This document shows positions 10,612 to 23,100 of a stretch of 64,000 nt of DNA, piece after piece. The DNA is from Emiliania huxleyi CCMP1516 (taxonomy: Eukaryota). Made by a program: the position numbers and the translations under genes. Every line of letters begins with the position of its first letter. Within the stretch, counting starts at the first letter, position 1. A model generated the notes under the pieces. The model was not told where the DNA came from. It worked only from the letters and a program-made list of their open reading frames with translations, and did not search any database. The stretch covers positions 62,001 to 126,000 of the forward strand of contig NW_005201269.1 of NCBI RefSeq assembly GCF_000372725.1, read 5' to 3'.

Positions 10612-11499
10612 ATGCCGTGCGAGCATGGCAAGCTGCGGAGCAGGTGCCTGACGTGCAGCGGCTGCGAGCATGGCAAGCTGCCGAGCAACTGCTCGACGTG
10701 CAGCGGCTGCGAGCATGGCAAGCTGCCGAGCAACTGCTCGACGTGCAGCGGCTGCGAGCATGGCAAGCTGCGGAGCAACTGCTCGACGTGCAGCGGCTGC
10801 GAGCATGGCAAGCTGCCGAGCAACTGCTCGACGTGCAGCGGCTGCGAGCATGGCAAGCTGCGGAGCAGGTGCTCGACGTGCAGCGGCTGCGAGCATGGCA
10901 AGCTGCCGAGCAACTGCTCGACGTGCAGCGGCTGCGAGCATGGCAAGCAGCGGAGCAGGTGCTCGACGTGCAGCGGCTGCGAGCATGGCAAGCCACGGAG
11001 CAGGTGCTTGACGTGCGTCGGCTGCGAGCATGGCAAGCAGCGGAGCAGGTGCTTTACGTGCAGCGGCTGCGAGCATGGCAAGCCGCGGAGCTTGTGCTCG
11101 ACGTGCAGCGGCTGCGAGCATGGCAAGCCGCGGAGCAGGTGCTCGACGTGCAGCGGCTGCGAGCATGGCAAGCCGCGGAGCAGGTGCTCGACGTGCAGCG
11201 GCTGCGAGCATGGCAAGCCGCGGAGCAGGTGCTCGACGTGCGTCGGTGTCTGCTACAAGGAAGTCGACGCGACCGTCCTCGCGGAGCTCGGCAGCCTGCC
11301 CGTCGCGTCGCCGCCGCCGTCGGACGCGCTCATCAACCTCGGAGGCTCGAAGCTCAAGCTCAGTTCGCCGCTCCGGCTGAGCTTGCGCGCGCGGCCCGAG
11401 GCGGCCGTCCACGGTTGCTGCGTCGCGTCGCTCGTGCTCAAGGGCGACTTCGCGGCACTTGGAGTGCAGTCATCGCGCCCGTTTTCTTTTTTGGTGTGA
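10612..11499 (+). CDS. Cys/His-rich tandem-repeat protein, 14 x CEHGKxxSxCxTCxG (putative zinc-binding repeats)
   Basis: 45-nt tandem units at 10618-11247. The C-terminus runs into repeat family C at ~11454. Confidence 0.7.
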   Translation: MPCEHGKLRSRCLTCSGCEHGKLPSNCSTCSGCEHGKLPSNCSTCSGCEHGKLRSNCSTCSGCEHGKLPSNCSTCSGCEHGKLRSRCSTCSGCEHGKLPSNCSTCSGCEHGKQRSRCSTCSGCEHGKPRSRCLTCVGCEHGKQRSRCFTCSGCEHGKPRSLCSTCSGCEHGKPRSRCSTCSGCEHGKPRSRCSTCSGCEHGKPRSRCSTCVGVCYKEVDATVLAELGSLPVASPPPSDALINLGGSKLKLSSPLRLSLRARPEAAVHGCCVASLVLKGDFAALGVQSSRPFSFLV

Positions 11500-13005
11500 G
11501 GTTTGCAACTCGCACCCCGTCTGTTTTCCTTTCCTTTTTCCTCTACAACACCCTCTCCTTTCAACCAAACAAATCTCTCTCTCTCTCTCCTTTCCTATCT
11601 ATTTTCCCGGGAAACTCCGTCCGTGAAACAACCCCTGCCTAGACTAAAGAGTACCCCTGCCTAGACGGAAACTCCGTGTGGGGGCCCGTGAACCAGGAAA
11701 AGGGTTGCCGTGAAAAGCAATCAAATTTTGGGCTGTGAGCCGAGTCTGACTTGTCTGAGGCTGGTTTGGGCCCAAAATCAGCCAAATTTAGGCCAAATCG
11801 TGAAAATGCAAGAAAATCTCCCTCTCTCTCAAAATGCCGGGACTTTTGCGGAGAACCCGTGTATGAGAGAGATTTTTAGCAATACCATTATGTGATGTTA
11901 CAGGTGGGTTAAGAGGGAGATGTGCGCGAGCTGCGGGACCACCGGGACGGCAGGCGGTTTGCGACGCGCCGCCACTTTTGGTGACTTTTGGGACGCGCGT
12001 CGATCGGCCGAGATTCGGCATGGCAGGCGAGGGTGTCGCGGCCATGATCGTGGCTGCTGACGCCGGCGACAACCCGCTGGCGGACCGCCACGAGGACTTG
12101 AAGGCGGCGGCAGAGCGGGAGAGGAAGGCCAAGGTGGCGAAGGTCGCCTCGCAGGCGACGAACGCGATGGCGGCAGTGCGGGCGCAGCTCGATTTGCGGG
12201 AGAAGGGGGCAGCAGACAAGGCGGCGAACAAGGCCAACGACGACGCGGGGGCGCCGGTGAGGGCGTCGTCTACGATGCTCGAACGAGTGTTCGCTGCCCG
12301 CCTCGACGGTCCGGACAAATACGTCGTGGCTCGACGAAAGGAGCGAAAGACGGCTGCTGGGGCTGGCACTGCTGCCGATTTGTTGGCGGGTTTGGAGAAG
12401 ATGACGGACTCCACCGTCAAGATGGCGAGGAGAGACGGCGCCGACGGCACCACGGTGACTGCGGAGCACAAGGCGCTGCTGGATGACGTGGCGGTGGAGC
12501 AGGGTCCAATACCAAACAACTCTAACACTCACACGTCATTTGTAGAATGGGCGAGAAACTGCGAAGAGAGATAGGAAGAGGTAGACGCCCCGAGGGTGGG
12601 CGACGGCTAGCACCACACTCCTCTTGAGCACTTTGAGCACTGGATAGGGTCGATTCCGCGTGGTACGGGCACAATACCAAACAACTCTAACACTCACACG
12701 TCATTTGGGGCCTGGAGCATGTTTGTTTCTGAGTCTGAGAGCCAGCTCTGGTCTGGGGCAAAATCTGAGGCAAAATTGAGGAAATCGGCACGATACCCAG
12801 GCGGTCGCAGGGTATTTTCCAGGTATACCCGGGTTTTTCCAGGTATACCCGCAAAATACCCGGTATTTTGCCGATTTGGCTGATTTTGGGCCCAAACCAG
12901 CCTCAGACTCGGCTCAGAGCCCGGAAAATTTGAGGTTCCCCGGGAAAATAGAGAAAAGGAGAGGGTGCTGTAGAGAAAGGAAAGGAACAGAGACGGGGTG
13001 CGAGA
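11454..13005. mobile_element. Composite element with long imperfect inverted arms (family C) enclosing a truncated ORF
   Basis: ~11510-11787 is inverted relative to ~12874-13003. Further arm copies lie at 4366-4507 and 37081-37258. Confidence 0.55.
12020..12574 (+). CDS. Unknown repeat-borne protein (paralog of 62909-63679), 3'-truncated
   Basis: MAGEGVAAMIVAADAGDNPLADRHEDLKAAAERERKAKVAK aligns by eye with MAGEAVTAMIVADDAGDDPLADRREDREAAAGRERKAKVAK. The two share ~120 bp of upstream sequence. Confidence 0.55.
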   Translation: MAGEGVAAMIVAADAGDNPLADRHEDLKAAAERERKAKVAKVASQATNAMAAVRAQLDLREKGAADKAANKANDDAGAPVRASSTMLERVFAARLDGPDKYVVARRKERKTAAGAGTAADLLAGLEKMTDSTVKMARRDGADGTTVTAEHKALLDDVAVEQGPIPNNSNTHTSFVEWARNCEER

Positions 13006-13148
13006 GGAAAAGCTTGTTCAGCCTAAGGCGTGGCGGCCCGCCCCTACCTGCCTATGACGCTATGTGCCATGTGCGTCAACGGGCCGCCTCGTGCGTTCAG
13101 CCGCGATTCTCCCGCTAGAAAACACGCCCTCCCTACCTACCTATACCT

Positions 13149-13295
<147 letters not shown>

Positions 13296-13400
13296 GCAAT
13301 ACCAAACAACTCTAACGTTTTTGTACTGACGTTTTTGTTTTGTTCCTACCTATCCATCCAGCCAGTGGAGGCGCTGTGGCATCTCAACCCCGCGCCCAGC

Positions 13401-13537
13401 TTGAGCACTTGAGCACTTGAGCACTGGATAGGGTCGATTCCGCATGGTACGGGACCCCTCGATCGTCTCGCCCTCCCTCACTGGTGTGTTCATCCTTCAT
13501 TGGGGGGGGTCATAACAAACTCGGTACAGGATCGAGC
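13401..13537 (+). repeat. Dispersed repeat family D, starting with tandem TTGAGCAC
   Basis: gagcactggatagggtcgattccgcatggtacgggacccctcgatcgtctcgccctccctc also occurs inverted at 58729-58860; a short copy lies at ~12624-12669. Confidence 0.85.
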
Positions 13538-14428
13538 TTAGGGGACCCCTAGGCTTAAAAGGGTGGGCCCTGGGGCGCCTGCGGCTTAAACGGCTTAAAA
13601 CCTGCCCAGCCCGGGCAGGTTTAAGAGCTGCTGGGCCGCCAATTCCTTAAACGGTCTTAGACGCTTAAACGGTGCGGGAGAGCTCCCGAGGTCGATGGTC
13701 CGGGAGGCTCCCGGTAGACACGCCGGAGGCCGGGAAGCTGGCTACATACAGTCAGCTAGCACGCGTCCCTTATGCGAGTATGGCTCCTGCCAGTGCACCA
13801 GACTTACAGATGTGTCTTCAGAGGCGGGTTTGTGCCTAATAGGCCTTCCGATGATCGTCTGACGGGCGCGGGGCCCGACCTCCCCTCCTAGCCTTTTTCA
13901 GCCGCGGCCCCGCCACCGCCTCGTCTTCTCTGTCCGATTCTGTCGCCACCACCGACGGTGATCCCATGCCCGACTCCTCGGGCGAGGGCAGCGGCATTAG
14001 ATCGCCACGCCGCCCCTCCCCGGGAAGTGGGGCCAGCTCACTTCGATCGAGGACTCGCGCCCGCCCCCGCGGTCTCTCTATCGTCCTCGGCTCGTCCGTA
14101 CGTCCCGACTCTACTCGCAAAGGCCGCGCCAGCTCATCTCTCACCCTCTCCGACAGCTGACCCCAAGCCCCCCCCGGGGCCCTCCGGCCTCGGCCCCCCG
14201 GCCCGCCGGCGGAACCGTTATCGCATTGCGGCAACTCCCCTCCCCCAGCTCCTCCTTCCGGGTACTCCAGCCTCCGGCGGGGCGGTTCCGGATCCCCCAG
14301 GTTATTCCGATCGGGTCCGTACGGCCCCGCTGGCCGCGGGGGTAGAGCTAATGCCCGCTTTCTCGTTAGTCCTCCTCTAGCGTCGGCACACGTCGCTTGC
14401 CTCTGGCGCCTCCTGAGCCCACGGCCTC

Positions 14429-14946
14429 ATGCTGCCTCGACTGCAAGGCCCCTCCGCGCTGACGCTGCAGGGAGAGCTCGTGCTGCGCATCGTCGCCGCG
14501 CAGGACATCGCGAACCCACCTTCCGGGAGCGCGCTGGGCCAGCCGACCTGGCTTCTGCAGCTTACCGACGGCGCCGAGTGCTGCACCGCCTTTGAGTGGT
14601 CGCCGCTGCCGGCGCTGCACGAAGCGGGCGCGGATCAGCTCCTCGCCGTCGGCGCCGCGCTACGCCTCATCAACTGCCGCGTCTCGGGTGGCATCCTCCT
14701 GCTCGAGCCCGCGACGACATCGCTGCTCGGAACAGACGACTCCGCCGACGCACCGGCAGCGCCTCCCGCGCTGGCAGCCGAGTGGCCCGAGTGCCTGCTG
14801 GCGGCGGCGGCCGGCGGCGCGAAGCCGCCGCGTTTCGAGCACTATCGCGCCACGGGCTCGGCCTCCGCAATCGACGACTCGCCTGCCATCCTGCCGCCGC
14901 CGCCGCGGCCGCTGCCGCCGCCGCAGAAAGAGCAGAAACAGGAGAC

Positions 14947-14982
<36 letters not shown>

Positions 14983-15426
14983 GGAGCAGCCGAAGCAGCC
15001 GAAGCAGCAGCAACAACAGTTGCGACAGCAGCAGCAGCAGCAGCAGCAGCCGAAGCCGAAGCAGCAGCTGAGGCAGCAGCAGCAGCAGCAGCAACGACAG
15101 CAGCAGGCGCTGCCGCCGCGACCGGCGGCCTCGCTGATCGATGAGGCGCTCCTGCAGCAGCTTCTCTCCACCGGCCTCTCCCCATCGCAGAGTTGCGCTC
15201 GCGGCTATGCGACCGCGTCTCTTCACACCTGCGGTTGTGAACAGGCCTCTCCCTCGCAGAGGTGCACGCGGAGCTCGGCTTGCCGCCCCCCGAGGCCACG
15301 GGCGGCGCGAGAGGAGGCGCGGCCGCGCGCGAACGAGAGGGCTCCCGCGGAGGGCGTGGCCGGTCGGGGAGGGGGGGCGCGAGGCCCGGCGGGCTGATTG
15401 GTCGAAAGCAACAGCCGTTTATGTAG
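14429..15426 (+). CDS. TDRD3/RMI1-like protein: RMI1-type OB fold, poly-Q, UBA-like helix and RGG tail
   Basis: LQGELVLRIVAAQDIANP...LLQLTDG...AFEWSPLPAL...GILLLEPATTSLLG is the RMI1/TDRD3 OB-fold pattern. It is followed by KPPRF and IDEALLQQLLSTGLS|LAEVHAELGL (GC-AG intron 15174-15244), then an RG-rich end. The 5' end is uncertain. Confidence 0.7.
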
Positions 15427-15750
15427 AGCTCACCACACGGCTCTCGGCCGCGCATCGCCCCACCAAAAGTCACAGCGGCACATACATGCCTCATGCGACA
15501 CCTCACATATATGCGGTCGCACGAAACACCTCCCTTTTCTTCTCGCGAGGGGGGGGGGGGGGGCATGTGCAGTGCGGGCAGGCTCCAGGCACACGCTGGT
15601 TCACGCTCCACGCAGGCCTCCGCGCAAGCCTCGACGGCGCTGCCCAGATTCCTCGGCGTTCGCCGCTGCCGCGGCCGGCCATTCGCGCCGGCCATGCGAA
15701 ATCGTCGTCAGGACCAAGCTCTCGGAAGCGCGTTCGGAGACGTGTTATGG

Positions 15751-16055
15751 CCCTGCGACCGCGCACCCCCCAGGGCTAGGGCTCTCTAGCCCGTAACCCG
15801 ATGCCAATCATCCGGCCCGCTGGGTGCGCTTCTCACTCCCCGGCCCTGGATGTGAGGTTACTAACTGCACTCCAAGTGCTCCAAGTGCGTTGGGTAGCGC
15901 TCAGGGTTGTAGCCCGAGGCACTTGCAGCACTTGGAGTGCAGTCGGTAACGTCACATCCAGGGCCGGGGAGCTCAGAAGCGCACCCAGCGGGCCGGATGA
16001 TCGGTATCGGGTTACGGGCAAGAGAGCCCTAGCCCCGGGGGTGCGCGTTCGCAGG
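15751..16055. repeat. Two family-A copies in inverted orientation with a 30-nt spacer
   Basis: 15751-15888 (-) and 15919-16055 (+). Confidence 0.9.
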
Positions 16056-16424
16056 CGCCCGGATTACTCCAGCCTACCCTGGCGTCGGCGCCGGCTACAG
16101 CGTGGTCATGTTGAGCAACCGCTTCTTTATTGCAATATGCCCAGCCCCAGGACCGGAACAAAGAAGTATCTTTCTTTGTTTTGTCGATCGAGTGTAATTC
16201 ATTCAGGATGGGGGCACCGGGCGTCGCCGGCTCCAGTAAGAACTTTTGGAAGACCTCAGCGCGACCCGGTGCAACCCTGATTTTGTGTGAGTTGATTCAC
16301 AAAGGATAAAATAATCCTCAAGAAACGGCTTGGTCGGCCGTCCCGTATCTCATCCGCCGGGTGGTGCCGGTGTGTGTCGCACAACCGACTCGGTGCGGGC
16401 GCGCCGTGCGCCAGCACGTTCGCG

Positions 16425-16664
16425 ATGTGGCGATTGACGAGCAGCGTCATCACAGCCGCCCTCCTCGCCGCCCCCTCCTTTGCGGTCGGCTCCAATACAT
16501 CGGCAGCCCGCAAGGCTGCAGCTCGGAAGGCCGCACTCCATTCCACAAATCGGAAGGCCGCACTCCATTCCACAAATCGGAAGGCCGCGCTCCATTCCAC
16601 AAAAGAGAAGTCCCGCCCTGTCAGCGGCTGGACGCCGCGCGAGCGCAGTCTGAGCAGTCAGTAA
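16425..16664 (+). CDS. Possible small secreted protein or first exon with 27-nt repeats
   Basis: Signal-peptide-like MWRLTSSVITAALLAAPSFAVG, followed by RKAAA RKAALHSTN RKAALHSTN RKAALHSTK. Confidence 0.3.
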   Translation: MWRLTSSVITAALLAAPSFAVGSNTSAARKAAARKAALHSTNRKAALHSTNRKAALHSTKEKSRPVSGWTPRERSLSSQ

Positions 16665-17458
16665 CCTCACATAAAGATATATTACTTTTTTTTGTGGTGT
16701 ACCACCTACACCTACACCTGTGTTAGTGCCAGTGCGCGCCTTCCGCGTGCCCAGTGTCGCGCCCCGGAACGTGTAATTTTTCGAAACTTGGAGCACTTGG
16801 ATCCACCACCTTTAGCCTTTTGTCGCGGTACCTGGCGGTGACCGGGTGTACTAGCTACTAGATTGTAGACTAGAAGGTCTTAGAGGACAAAAGAGAGCCG
16901 TACGCGTCGTCAGGGGCGGGGAACCCGCAATTTGAGATGCTCTAGGTACTAGGAGATGCTGAGGGCATCTTGAGTTGCAAAAAATCCACTCTCCATTTTC
17001 CCTCTGCTTTTCGCATTTCTGCACACCGCATTCCATGGTCCGGGTGCTCGGCGTCGCCTGCTTGAGTGGCCTAAACGCACTCGCGGGAGCCAGAGAGCAA
17101 AGGTGTGCGCGAATTGAGGCTTCTGAGCAAGCCCAGGCAAGCCACAGGACCGGCCATGTGCGTGGGTAGTCGAGCGGTGGCCGGAGGCAGCCTCCAGGAG
17201 TGCCTCTCAGTTCGACACCTCGGTCTCGACCACGACCAGACTCGGAGCGGCACACAGCTTATTTTGCAAAAGCGAGGGGGTGACATTTTGACAATCGTCA
17301 GATCCGTGTTTTTTTGGGTCTTGCGGTACATACATCTCTCCGCTCGCCACCTCACGCTCCGCCGTCCGGCCATGGATGGTTCGATGGAGCTCGCGCGATT
17401 TCCATCGAACCATCCAACTCCGGTCACCGGGTCTGAACGCGCTCAGCCTCAGGAGGTA

Positions 17459-18014
17459 GAGGGAGCGGACCCTGAGTTGAGGAAATCGGGGGACGCGACC
17501 CACTTCGCCACAGACGGTCCCGCGCCTCGCCGCTATGACGGCCACACGACCGCAGCTCGTGTGCGTGTGGCCGTCTTTGTCCGGAGTGAATACTCCAACG
17601 CGCTCGTCGGTGACGGCGTCCCCCGATTTCGCCGCGCTCGGCGAACCTCGACAGCGCTTTCGGTGGCATGCAGCTCTTTGCGCCTGAAGCCTGGAGAGCA
17701 GCTCCTCTGCTGCTCATACGCTCTGCACAGTTGGCACAGCCTACTGTGCGGCTGCCACAGCTGTGACAGCGATGGGCTCGCCCTCACTGGCCCTCAGTCA
17801 CTCGTGCTGCGGCTTGTGTGAGCGACACTGCTCGGCGACTGCCGGCACACTGTGAGACCATGGGTGTGAGGTAAAACCACGCTACCAGCGCTTGGTCACA
17901 TCAGCCCTGAGGTCATATCCTTCTCCTCTGTTGATGGTAACACTTGTCTACTCGCTGGAGCCGAGCAGGAGGGCTTGGCGCACAACCCCTGTTCAACTCA
18001 GGGTCCGCACCCCG
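17459..18014. mobile_element. Non-autonomous TIR element with TA target duplication
   Basis: GCGGACCCTGAGTTGA (17465-17480) is perfectly inverted at 17993-18008, within a 22-bp imperfect TIR. TA flanks at 17457-58 and 18015-16. Confidence 0.65.
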
Positions 18015-20141
18015 TACCAAACCGCGCGAATTCTGCACGCCTCGCTGCACCGCTGGCTTGACTGAATCAGGCAGCAGCAGGCTGCTGCTGCTGCCACAGC
18101 AGCAGTCTGCTGCGGCCCTAATACGCAAGTTGATGACTAGCAGCACTGCCGGGGGCATACGAGCCGCCACAGCCGGTGTGCGGCCGTGCACTGCCACCTG
18201 ACCGCGGCTACGCACAATGTGCGCTCGCATTGGATGAGCCCTGCTGATGGACCTGCATCGCCTAGCTGCACGAGAGCAATGCCGCAGGCAGTGGCCGTGG
18301 CATACACTGCGAGCACACTTGGTGCAGCTGCGAGGTGCAGCAAGAGCACGTCGTTCCTGCCTCTGATGCCACTCTCGCGGCTTGCAGCGCGTCACTCGCG
18401 CATGCTCTCCAGGAGCTATGGCGGGCGCGTGTGTGGGGCTGTAGCCTGTGTTTGGCCGGTTCTGACCCGTTTACTATCAGTATCATGTCCGGGCCACAAA
18501 AAATCGCACACGGGTAGCGGCTCAGGGGCCCAGTAAGTCGCGGAATCGCCAAATGTCACAACCTCCGCGCCACCCAGGGCTGGACCTAGTCCACCGGACA
18601 CACCTCCAACATCCTATCTGCTCGGCGATCCGGACCCGCGTATCTCACAAGATCCGATCTCTCAAGGGCCGCAGAATGTGTTGTGCGTGTCCATGTCCAT
18701 GTGCGGTGCAGCACTCCGCCGTTCAGACTCACTCCGTGACGCCAAAGAGGGCGTTGAACTCCCCTCGTCGGTCACCTTCTCGCCCCCCTCCTGGAAGGCA
18801 TCATCGGCAGCGCCGACATCGGTCGAGAAATCACCAAACGCAGCCTCGTCTGTCGCGGCGCCGGCCGGCCAAGCCTCGCTCGATCCCGAGGCGCCCTCAC
18901 TGCCCCCGCCCCCCTCCTCAAACTCGCCCGCCCAATCGGGCGCATCGGCCGGCACAGCCGCCGGCCCGCCGCCGCCGCCGCCCCGCCCTCTGCCGCCGCC
19001 GCCACCGCCCCGCTCTCTGCCGCCGCCGCCACCGCCCTGCCCTCCGCCGCCGCCACCGCCCCGCCCTCTGCTGCCGCCGCCTCGGCGCCGCCCTCCCAAC
19101 TGCTTCGACTGCTTGCACTCGACAAGGCAATCCATCCACTCGCGACAGCTGAAGTCGAACTTCCACTGACTCGATGCGGCTCGCGCCGGATTGTGAGCTC
19201 GGCGAGCGAGGTCGGAGAGCGACCTGGCGCACCTGTTCACGGGTGTGAAGAGACGCCGCGGGGCTGCGTTGCGTTTTTTCTCAACCCACGTGCCTCTGCA
19301 CATCCGTTTTCTTGACAAAGTGGGTGGGTGGGTAAACGCTTCGTAGGCCCCGGATGGTGAGTGGGTGGCAGGGTGGGTGGGTGAGTGGGTGGGTGGGTGT
19401 GGGTTGTTTCGTTCGTTTCTCTCTCCCTTCGCGCGCGTCTTCGAGGCACAGCTCTCGTCGTTGCCACAGCATGTCGTTCCCTCGCACCGTGCCCACGGCA
19501 CAAGCTGACCGAGATCGCGCTCCCCGACGGCTGCCGCGTGCCTCACGGTGCGCTCAACAAGTCGTCAGAGGGCGGACTGCTGTTACGCTCGACGAGTGCC
19601 ACGCCGCTCGCACAGCAGCTAGAGTGGTTCAAGCGCGAGGCGACCCTCGGCTCCGCCGGAAGCATGAGGTGCAACATGTTCTCTGGGCGCCAGCAGACCA
19701 CGCGAGCGCGCGAGCGCGTCTTGAACCGGACGCTCCATAGCAACCACAACCGGAACTAAGAGGGGGGGGTTCCGTGTTTTCTTTTCGGGTTTCGTGGGTT
19801 CCAAGTGCACTCACTTGGAACCGCCGATAAACCGAAGACGGTTGGCCCCGGGGTGGTTTCACTGCGCGACTAAATAAATAAATAAAACGGGCAAACTCTG
19901 AGACGAGATGGGATTGACTGTGGGCTTGGAACCACCCCCCAATTCTCCACCTCAGCTACGACACATGCGTGCTTTTTTCTTTCCTCCCGAGAGTTAATTG
20001 TGGTTTCGGAAAGAGAATGATGCAGGCGTCGCGGGAGCCCGATTACGTGGGAGGAATCCTACCAACCAGAGCAAGCAGACCCCAAGACGGTCTCATCGCG
20101 TGCACGGCCTACCCCCGGGAGTAGGGTAGGCGAAACAAATC

Positions 20142-23100
20142 TTACCCCTCGAGCGCTCCGATCGCCTCCGTCACCGCCGCCACGAGCCGCGACGCCTCCC
20201 CCTCGCTGCGCGGCCCGTCCCTCCGCCACCTCGCCGCGTCGTGGTGCCTCGCCGCGTTCGCCCAGATGCGCAGCGAGTGCAGCTGCCTCCGCAGCTCGGG
20301 CGGCAGGCCGCACTCGCGGTGCCAATAGTTGATGCGCTCCTCGAAGCCGTCGGGCGCCGCCGCAGAGCGCGAGGCGTACGCAGCGTCGAGGCGCGGCATC
20401 AGCGTGTTGAACGCCAGCAGCATGTTGCCCTGGATGCGCGCCTGCGCGTCGCCGCCCGTGCGCATGCCGCGCACCTGCACCGAGAGCGGCGAAGGCTCGT
20501 ACCCGGTGGTGCGGGCGGCTGCCGCAGCGGCGTCTCCAGGTGCCGGCGCAGCCTCCTCCATTCCCGCCCCGCCTTGCGCGCTAGAGAGCAGCGCCCGGAG
20601 CGCCAGCAGCGCCTCGGGCAGCGTGCAGCGGTTGCGCAGGCTGTCGTGACAGAGGCTCTTCTGCCCGTCTCCCGCCTTGGCGAGGTCCTTGACAGCGCGC
20701 GCAGCAGCGGCGGTCCATCCCGCCGCCGCGTCTGCGACCTTGGACGCGTCGATGTTGGTCCAGAGCTCGTCGAACTCGTCCTCGCACCGGTCGGTGAGCT
20801 GCACCTCGGAGCGGCTGGTGAGGCAGACGAGGAGGGTGATGCCGATGGCGTAGCCGTCCGTCTTGCTCGAGTACTCGCCCCCCTTGATGATGGAGGGGCA
20901 GAGGTAGCCCGTGGTCATGTAAAGGGCGGCAGTCGAGCGGCAGCGGACCGACGCGTCCGGGCGCTGGTCCTTGGCGAAACCCGTGTCGGCGAGGACGGCG
21001 GTCAGCTTCTCGTCGAGCAGGATGTTGTCCGGCTTGACGTCGCGGTGCACGATGCCCTTTGAGTGGAGGTAGACGAGCGCCTCGGTCGCCTCGCACGCGA
21101 CACGCACGCGCTGCCGCCACGTCAGCGGCCTCGGCGGCTCTACCATCCCCAGCCGCCGGAGCTGCGCCGCGCGGTCGGGATCCGAGATTCGCAGCCGCGC
21201 CTCGAGCGAGCCGCCGCGCATCAGCGGCGAGAGGAGGCAGACGCCGTCGGGCGAGAGGCAGTAGCCGAGCAGCGGCAGCAGGTGCGGGTGGCTCACCGCC
21301 TTGAGCAGCTTCACCTCGAGCTCTGCCCGCGACAACCCGCCCGACTGGCCCGACTTGGCCCGCTTGACGACGAGCGGCAAGTGGCGCAGCTGCGGCGGCG
21401 CGGCGAGGGAGAGGTGGAGGTCGGCCGACGCCTCGTAGACGCGGCTGAATCCGCCGCTGCCAATCAGCTTGCCCTCCGCAAACCCATCGGTAGCCGCGGT
21501 GAGGTCCGACAAGGCTATCTCGACGGGCCGAGCAACAGCCGCCTCTTCCGCCGCGGCCGGTTCGGAGGCAACAGACAGAGTTTCCAGCTTCGACTCCGCC
21601 GCGCTCACCTCCTCGGCTAAGGCAGGCAGCGCGCCCACGTGCGGCCTGGCGGCGGCGATGCCCGCTCGGAGCGCGGAGGGGCTGTCCGCAGTGTCGAGCG
21701 ACTTGAGCGCGCCCATCGCCGCGCCATGAGCCTTGCGCAGCCGCTGGCTCTCCCGCTTCCGCGACTCCTTGAGCTTGTCGCGCGCGCGCCTCGCCGCCGC
21801 CAGCACCGCCGGGCTCGCAAGGCCGCTGCACGCCTCCAGCGCACTCGCTAGGCCGACGTACGAGCCAGCAGCCACGGCCTGCTGCAGCGCCTCGTCCGCC
21901 GCGGCGATGGCGGCTGCGTCAGCGGGCGGAGGAGATGGGGCTGGCGGTGGGGTTGGCGGCGCCAGAGCGGCGGTGGCGCTGGGGCCAGGCGCCGCGTTGT
22001 CTGCCTCGCCGCTGCCGCTCTTCTTCTTCTTCTTCTTGCCCTTCTTGCTCTCCCTGGCGCGCTCCTCCTTCTCCGCCTCCTCCTCCGCCAGCAGCGCCTC
22101 GGCATGCCGCGCCGCAGTCGCCTCTGCCGCCGCTCTCTCCGCCTCCCTCGCCTCCGCCCCCGCAGCCCACGCCGCCTCCCTCGCCGCCTTCTCAGCCACC
22201 GCCTCCGCCGCCGCATGCTCCTCGATGGCGCGCATGCACTCGGCGTGGCCCTTCTCCTTGGCCAGCTGCAGCGCTGTCTTGCCGTTCTCAGCGCGCGCAG
22301 CCGTGTCTGCACCCGCCCGCAGCAAGCGCCGCACGACGGCGGGGTTGCCGGATATGGCGGCAGCCATCAGCGCGGTGCTGCCGTGGCTGTCCTGCGCTTT
22401 GACCTCCCCGCCGTGCTGCAGCAGCAAATCGACCACCCGCTCCTGGCCTTGCAAAATGGCGTCAATCAGCGCGGTGCGGCCGTTGCTGTCCTGCAGGTTG
22501 ATCTCCGCGCCGTGCCGAATCAGCAGCTCGACAACCCGCTCGTGGCCTTCCTGGGCGGCGGTCATCAGCGCGGTGAAGCCGTTGCTCTTCTGCAGGTTGA
22601 CCTCCGCGCCGTGCCGCATGAGCAAGTCGATCACACGCTCGTGGCCTTGGAAGGCGGCGCCCATCAACGCGGTGCCGCCGTCGCTGTCCTGCAGGTTGAT
22701 CTCAGCGCCGCGCCGGAGCAGCAGCTCGACCACCCGCTCGTGGCCGTAGAAGGCGGCACCCGTCAGCAGCGTGAGGCCGCTCACCTCGCCTACCTCGTAC
22801 GTCTCGTCGGCCCGCCCGCCACCCTCGAGCCACTCCAGAACCGCCGCCTCATCGCCTCGATGAGCCGCTGCGATGACCTCGTCGGAGAATGCCGCGGCAC
22901 CGCTCGACGCCCGCTCCGCCGCAGCGGGCGACAGATTGCCCGGCCGCACCCGCACGCTCTCGCCGCCGCCCTCGAGCGCCACCGCGTACCGCCCGCCCTC
23001 AAAGCTCCGAGCCACGCCCCGCTGCCCGTTCAGCTCGGGGCGGGAAGAGAGGCCGCTGAGCTCGACTCGCTGCCCGAGCAGCGGCGCGTCCACAGCTGCC

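Noticed and set aside
10489..11642. Alternative-frame ORFs over the 45-nt array (RAWQAAEQ, LAMLAAAA, PCSQPLHV repeats)
   Set aside because: These are shadows of a stop-free tandem repeat; only the CEHG frame resembles a known protein repeat.
18662..19750. Gly-rich (-) or Pro-rich (+) ORF
   Set aside because: Low complexity, ambiguous strand and no recognisable domain. It may be a real exon but cannot be supported.
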